From: Eledone cirrhosa
Taxonomy: Eukaryota
Length of the DNA: 64,000 bases
Reading direction: 5' to 3'
Assembly: GCA_964016885.1 (NCBI GenBank)
Contig: OZ024743.1
Coordinates: 241,738,001 to 241,802,000, forward strand
This document shows positions 56,870 to 64,000 of the stretch, piece after piece. Numbering within the stretch: the first letter of the stretch is position 1; every line of letters begins with the position of its first letter. The notes beneath the pieces are model-generated. The model searched no databases. It was not told the origin of the DNA and saw only the letters and a list, made by a program, of their open reading frames with translations. The translations under genes and the position numbers were made by a program.

Positions 56870-57620
56870 AGTAGTATGTGCTTAGCAATGTGTCCGAACA
56901 CGGAAGAGCCGAAATCCCACTGTCATCGCCTCCATCTCTCTCACCCTCCCGTCTCTCTCTATTATGGTATCCCACGTGAAGGAGAAGGCGTTTCCCCGGA
57001 GGATGGTAAGGGAGATGCGCTGGAAGAGCCATTCCATCTCGCAAGGCTCACACCTGCGGCTGGCCAGCTCAGCACCTATGGTGGTAAGTAGGAAGGTAGC
57101 CCTAGGGCCAAGGACACCAGAAGTTTCCAATGCCAAGGGCACGACCGTAAACATGTCGGAGAGCGATCGGTACTTGGAGTGTTTGCCCTCCTCAGCCCGA
57201 AGTGCAGCAGAACCTAGGTTAGTCGCACTGCACCAGGTGGCGGCTGGAGAAAGTGTCACTGCATGTGGCATCCCAGGCGAGGGGGTTCGCCACCGCGGAA
57301 CGGGAAGATGGTCATACCGTTTGGCCTATTGCCGTCCCCTCGGTCCATCCCCACCGCCTCGAGCTGGGAGGGGAAGCCTGCAGCAGCCAAGCCATGTTTT
57401 ATGACCTCGTCGAGGGCGGGATGGCGTTGAAGGCGGCCGGCACTGTACCGACAGGAAAGCGGGTGGAGGCCGAAAGAGTCGACGGTGGATCCACAGCGAC
57501 ATTTGTGTGGTTCACAGATCCGGTGGTCAAGCCTCAGGGAAACGCAGTCTATCGTTGTCCAGCTGCGTCCCAGTGGAGAAGGAGGGTAAGGCATGGAGCC
57601 AGGCACCACTGTTTACTAAT
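56870..57620 (-). mobile_element. CRE-type LINE 3' end (CCHC plus restriction-like endonuclease)
   Basis: LRL..CRCGSTVDSFGLHPLSC..RH..RPNG (RPDG-like)..AEEGKHSKY..VPLALETSGVLG..LFQRISLTILRGNA. Confidence 0.88.
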
Positions 57621-57956
57621 AGTAAAACTAAAGTGAAACTCAACTGTATTGTTTGCAGTGCGAGTGACAAACTAGTGTCAAAGGTTTATCACTTTCTCTT
57701 CGAGAGGTATATTCTATGTGTATATGTATCGATAAAAGATATAAAGACTTCCAAACAGTTTCAATGTAACAAAATTGACTCTCGAGATATTGTTCAACCG
57801 GAGGTCATATATGGTAAAAGACACTTGTCCAATATGATGTGTAGTAGGATCGAAACTGGATCTATGTAGTTCCAAAGATAAATACTTAATCAAACCACCT
57901 TGTCTAAACACATATATTCATATGATATATACTATATGAGTGTGTGTATATATATA

Positions 57957-57995
<39 letters not shown>

Positions 57996-60363
57996 TGTGT
58001 GTGTATGTATGTACGTATGTGTATGCATGTGTGTGTGTATGTGTGTTTGTATGTGTGTGTGTGTGTAAACATGTATGGTTGTATAGATTTACATTCATAT
58101 TCATACATGCATATATAATCCGTTAGTAAATATATTGGCTTTACACACATATTCACCTGTACACTGACACATAACTATATATATATGTATGTATGTGTAT
58201 ATATATATACAAACATACATACACACATACATAAATACATATACTTATACAGAAACACACGTATGTGTGTGTATAGAGACTGTGAGTTCAGATAGTAAAT
58301 GTAAGTAAGAATATTTATCTCAGTGTGTATACAAGGGTGTTTATGAAAGGGTCCGAACGATAAATTTAGAGAGGAAGTGAGAGATACGATAGATGAGAGG
58401 AATTAGAGAGCATTTAAATACAGAGAGAGTATGGTGGGGAGAGCAAGACACATAATAAAAATCTCTTGAGAGACGGGTGTAGAGAGGGAAAGAGAGGGGG
58501 AAGAGAGCAAGGGGAGGGAAGTAGTGTATATAATAACAAAGATAAAGTAATGGGAGTGATAGGATGAAAGAGAAAGAGCAATGGAGGGTGAACGGTAAGA
58601 AACAGAAAAAAAGTTGAGAGTCAAATGTCAAAGATTGAAATCCCTGTTCTTAAGAATTTCACTAAGCATTTAAAAGGCGGTGAGGTGTGGTAGTGTGTGG
58701 CTATATAATCTGGAGAATATAAGGTTGTTGCTGGTGTTGTTGTTGCTGGTGTTGTTTTTGTTGCTGTTGTTGTTAGAGCGGGTGTTGGATGGAAGGTGAA
58801 TGTATTTGGACGCGTCGATAATTTATTTCAAAAGCATTTTCTGTAGGGGTTATGGACAGGAAGTAAAAGCGAAATAAATAAAACAGCTCAAAGGTGAAAC
58901 TTGCAAAACGAAAATGAAAGTAAAAGATAGAAAAAATCATTTTTAATGTACGAAAAACATTAAACAAAGAAAACAAATAATAAAGTCATAAAAATAAGTA
59001 ATAAAGAAAGTAATAAATGTAGACATGTATAAAGAAAGAAGATTCTGGCAAGAGATGAGCGGAGGTGAGTGAAGCAGCGATAATACCTGAAGGGCGGAGA
59101 GAGGGGACGAAACACCTTCAATGTTATAATTTGAACATTAGAATGGTATAAACATCAGTGAGTAACGGGATCGACAATAGAGGATGAGGAAGAATTGACT
59201 AGAATCGCGTGAAAAAGAAAAAGAACGGTGGTTGGGTGGATGGAGAATGAAGTGTAGCAGATGGTGGGTGAGATATTAAGATAAATAGATGGAGAGGTTA
59301 AGGGTTCGAATGTATTTACCTTTGTGATATTATTTACATCTGTTCTTCGGGCTTTCGTTCCCATTCGTACTATCCTAATGCTAATGGATATCCACTTCCC
59401 CATTCAAAACCAAACATCTTTTCCGATCTTTTCAAATCAACATTGAATATTGATAGAAATAACAAGTGTACAACAGGGACAGTTATTGTAGCTTATCAGG
59501 TGAAATTCCTACGGTTCATCTTCCATCAGCTACGATTTCACGTAAATTTACTACAAATCAACGTCTTCGTCATTGTCGTCGTTTTTTCTGTTGTTATTGT
59601 TGTTATTGTTATTGTTAATGTTGTTGTTTTGGGGTAACTCTAAGTCAGTTATAATCTAAGGGACCAAGGATTCAAGATGTTCCAAGTGAGGCAATCCTAT
59701 CTTTATTTGGAACAATATTGCCCAATGTTACATTCCTTCTTTAACATCTTTAACATGTATGCCACGCATTTGGAGGGAGATTTGGATGATACCTTTAGCA
59801 AATCTAAGGACTTGTGGCTTGAGAATAAATCGTATTCATCACAGGAGTTCAGTAGTTTATCCCAATCTATAGCTCATATCATCTCAATGGTCTAAGGAAC
59901 TGTAAATATTAGCTGTTTCATTTTGATGAAAGTTACCTCATATTCAATGACACTTTCACCGCCAACCACCTATTATTATGGCCTTCTGACATTCCTGTTG
60001 TCAGGTTTAGTAACTTAAACTCGGTCATCACCACTTCATCATAGTTTTTCCTTGATCTTTCTCTTCTACAGTCTGCATTCAATAGGAAACTGTACAATTT
60101 TTATACATATCATATCTCCATACCAAAGTAATCATATCTATTTCACACTAAGTCTTATTCCTCTTATAGCCATGTTTTTCATCAGCTCGTTTGGACTGTT
60201 CTTCATGCGCATTAACATTATACATCCACTCGAGTATACATACTTGCTTTCTTGCTAGTCTTCGTAAATCCTCTGCATTCAAGGCCGATGCCTCGCAACA
60301 GTGCACAATATCGCACATCGTACGCAAGCATGCAAACATGTACACACACATATAATTATGTTG

Positions 60364-60521
<158 letters not shown>

Positions 60522-60900
60522 TTTGGGTAAAGTAAACAAGATTAGACATAGATGTTACCTATTTACTTTCATGTCCTGATTTCTGTTTCGCTGAGTAATA
60601 ACAGTAATTTGAGTATCTGAATACTGTGAGAAATTTCACCTCATCGGGAAACTTCTCACTTATGAAACATTCTTCAGATTTATCCGCTACCAACAATAAT
60701 TTCTCACGTGTTTAACAGTCAACAGAATGGTAGTGGTAGGTGGACAATGGCAAGTAGCCGGCAGCAGTTCGATGCATCGAAATGTTATACCCTACCTTAG
60801 GGGAGTAAATAGGTAAAAACCACACACACACACACTCACACATACACACACATACAGACACACATATATATATATCTATATATGTATGTATATATATATA

Positions 60901-61067
60901 TATTCAATTATAAAGTGAACAACACGAAATATAACTACTTCATTACCAAAGGTTTCTGGATCCCATACAATATTAATATACGACTGGATCGCTCATCAGA
61001 CAGAGATCCAGAAACCAATGTTAATGGAATAGTTATATTTTGTGTTATTCACTTTCTAATTAAATAC
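60901..61067. repeat. Diverged fold-back inverted repeat containing a degenerate hammerhead-like motif
   Basis: aacacgaaatataacta..ggtttctggatc / gatccagaaacc..tagttatattttgtgtt. Confidence 0.75.
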
Positions 61068-61114
61068 CTCTATTCTACCACTCTTTTTTCCTCTGCTTTT
61101 CCTCCGGAATTACC

Positions 61115-61224
<110 letters not shown>

Positions 61225-61562
61225 TACAAGGGTAAAATAATCCTCGAGTGAATGCTGACATTATAAGATATGGACATATCTATATATTAGTAACAGAACT
61301 TGAGAGAGGTTATCACAATTTATATATTTTATCTCATTTTTGTAGAAACACGTGTAAGATACGTACAATGTCTTAATCACTTCATCTTGGATATTTAACC
61401 ATTTTGTATATGTATATATATATAAATATATATATATATATTTGTGTGTGTGTATATCGATATCTGTGTATATATATATGCATATTGTTATACTTTGAGA
61501 GGGCCATATAGCAAATAAAACACATACAACAGTTTCATTTCATTCCAGATTGTATTATTATT

Positions 61563-61750
61563 GTGGATTGGCAGTATCGGCAGAGGGTCGGACGCCATGC
61601 TTTGCAGAATAGAGTTACGGCCCTTTATGATCTGAGTTCAAATCTCGCCGAGGTTAGCTTCGACTTTCATCCTTACGGGATCGATGAAATAAAGTACCAG
61701 TAATGCACTGAGATAATTGCTGGCCTTGTGCCAAAAGTAGAAGATTATTA
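61563..61750 (+). mobile_element. tRNA-derived SINE
   Basis: gtggattggcagtatcgg (A box), gagttcaaatc (B box), core and tail. Confidence 0.88.
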
Positions 61751-62344
61751 GTAGTCAGGTAATCAATCGATTCATCATTTGCTTTGGCAACCATATTGTT
61801 ATTATTTAATTAAGAAACCTCTTTCGTCACACATTCTCTGACCTCTGCAATGACTTTTTTGTCCCTCTGTGTCACCTCATCGTTTCGGATTTCTCCCATC
61901 GACTCTAAGATGATGGAGCATTTGAAATATAAAATATACTTATTCTTACTGACTAACATGACGAAATATTATACTTCGATTTGATGTATGTTACGAAGAT
62001 TAACATCAGATACATGAACAACTAAATTACTGGCGAAGATATTAAAACTAATAGATGCTATAATTATGTATTTGAATAAGAAGACATGTACTTACCTGCA
62101 GGGTTAGATTTCTACACAAGTACAAATCAAAGCATGGTATTAGTTAAGTAAACTAGTAGTGGTATATACTATCGTGTTATGTTAAGTGGTTTATAAATTA
62201 TCTGTGAAACATATCGAAGAATGTAATAGCAGTAACACTTGCAGAGATTTGTTTGAGATGGATGAATGGATGAATATAAGAATCTTTGCAGTACCATCAG
62301 AAATACTGCCTCTAAGCAAGCTCTCTCTCATCCAGCTCTTTCTG

Positions 62345-62505
<161 letters not shown>

Positions 62506-62506
62506 T

Positions 62507-62597
<91 letters not shown>

Positions 62598-63167
62598 ATA
62601 TATATATATATATATATACACATATATATAGGCATATATATGTATATTTCATCATTCATATATATGTTATGATACCATAAATTAGTATATAACTGCTCGA
62701 ATTTCTTAATTTGTTATGCTGCTTATACTGTGACTAGTACTTCCCACCTCTTTCTAACGGATACGACGTCCAGTCCTATTTGTATCTGCCTCCACTGTTA
62801 AATAACTAACGAATTCAGACAGATATAAAAGTATTTATACTCTACTGGAAATTATCCAAAGACGATTCCTCTGATGGTTAGTTTCGCGTCTTCCTTAGCT
62901 ATACCAAAATTAATTGTTGGTAATCGATAATCAATTATTTAGACCGGTTTTTGCTTCGGTTTACTTTTTCTTTTATTTCTCATTCGATCTCATGATGAAG
63001 GGCTAGTGTTTGAAACATTAACACGCTATTTCTGCTATATCAAGAATTAAACTAATATATTTCTTTATTGCACTGTATAACAATAAAGTACAATGAAGAA
63101 ATATATTAGTTTAACCCATGATATATTAGGAAATGCTTCGATGCTCCGTTTAATTTATATATATATA

Positions 63168-64000
63168 CTAGCAGTGTATCCCGGCGTTGCAAGGGTAAGG
63201 ACATTGGTAATAGCACCTCTAATGAGAAACGTTTATTTGTGAGTGCCTGTTAAGATTATATAGGACAAACTAAACTCACACTCAGAAACAGAATGACAGT
63301 TCATCGCCAACAATTACGAGATCCAACCACGAGACAGATACCACTCAGCGCACATCTAGACATTTGCGCAAGTAATAAGACGCCCAAATTCCAAGTCTTC
63401 CCATTTTACCTTTGCGCTAACAATACAACAGAACAAATACGAATAAATAAGGAAAATATGTTTATTCAAAAATATAGACCAGCATTAAATATGGTTTAAT
63501 ATACATTATGTCAACACCATAACATGCTAACCATCCAAACAGACACATACACACACACATAACACCTTATACTTTAGAAAATAAAAATCCGAACTAAATA
63601 AACCTTAACATACGTTTGCACTGACAATACAACAGAACAAATACGAATAAGTAAGGAAAATATGTTCATTCAAAAATATTCCTACTAAAGGAATCATTTT
63701 CCTACACACACACACACACACACACACACAATATATATATATATTCTCTTCATCTTAACATGCTAACCATACTCCCACACAGATAACACCCATACACACA
63801 CATAACAACCCCCACACCCACATACACAACTCCCTCCCCATTTTCTACTAATAGAATCACTTTCCTACACACATATATACACACACACAAAATATATATT
63901 CTCTCCATCTTAACATACTCCCACACACACACACATAACACCCATATACACACACACACAACTGTCTCCCCCATTTCTACTAATAGAATCATCTTCCAAC
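63168..64000 (-). mobile_element. Helitron-like 3' end followed by a PLE endonuclease fragment and subrepeats (may extend past the window)
   Basis: Reverse complement acccttgcaacgccgggat..ctgCTAG-T. Repeated catcttaacat and ttctactaatagaatca blocks downstream. Confidence 0.45.
63264..63499 (+). pseudogene. PLE GIY-YIG endonuclease C-terminal fragment
   Basis: DYIGQTKLTLRNRMTVHRQQ...LSAHLDIC...R..KENMFIQKYRPALN. Confidence 0.85.

Overview
AT-rich, microsatellite-dense animal DNA, most likely octopus/coleoid cephalopod intronic or intergenic sequence (inferred from the SINE family and the (TA)n/(CA)n load). No host protein-coding gene is supportable, and almost all listed ORFs are microsatellite translations. 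The window is a mosaic of mobile elements: a near full-length decayed L1/Tx1 LINE inserted in (TC)n, three RTE LINE fragments, two CRE-type RLE LINE 3' ends, several Penelope-like elements (PLEs) with GIY-YIG remnants and inverted pseudo-LTRs, many tRNA-derived SINEs, Helitron-like elements, MITEs and minisatellites. The main finding is at least three unrelated families of type I hammerhead ribozyme motifs, read directly from sequence. All have palindromic stem III and unusually long, structured stem II inserts (57-95 nt). They sit in tandem or inverted non-coding repeats resembling retrozymes or PLE pseudo-LTRs (7.2-8.3 kb with a U3-A8 covariant core, 42.5/43.8 kb, 44.1/44.8 kb). About ten fold-back inverted duplications are also present. 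Activity is predicted, not shown, and element boundaries are hand-read and approximate.
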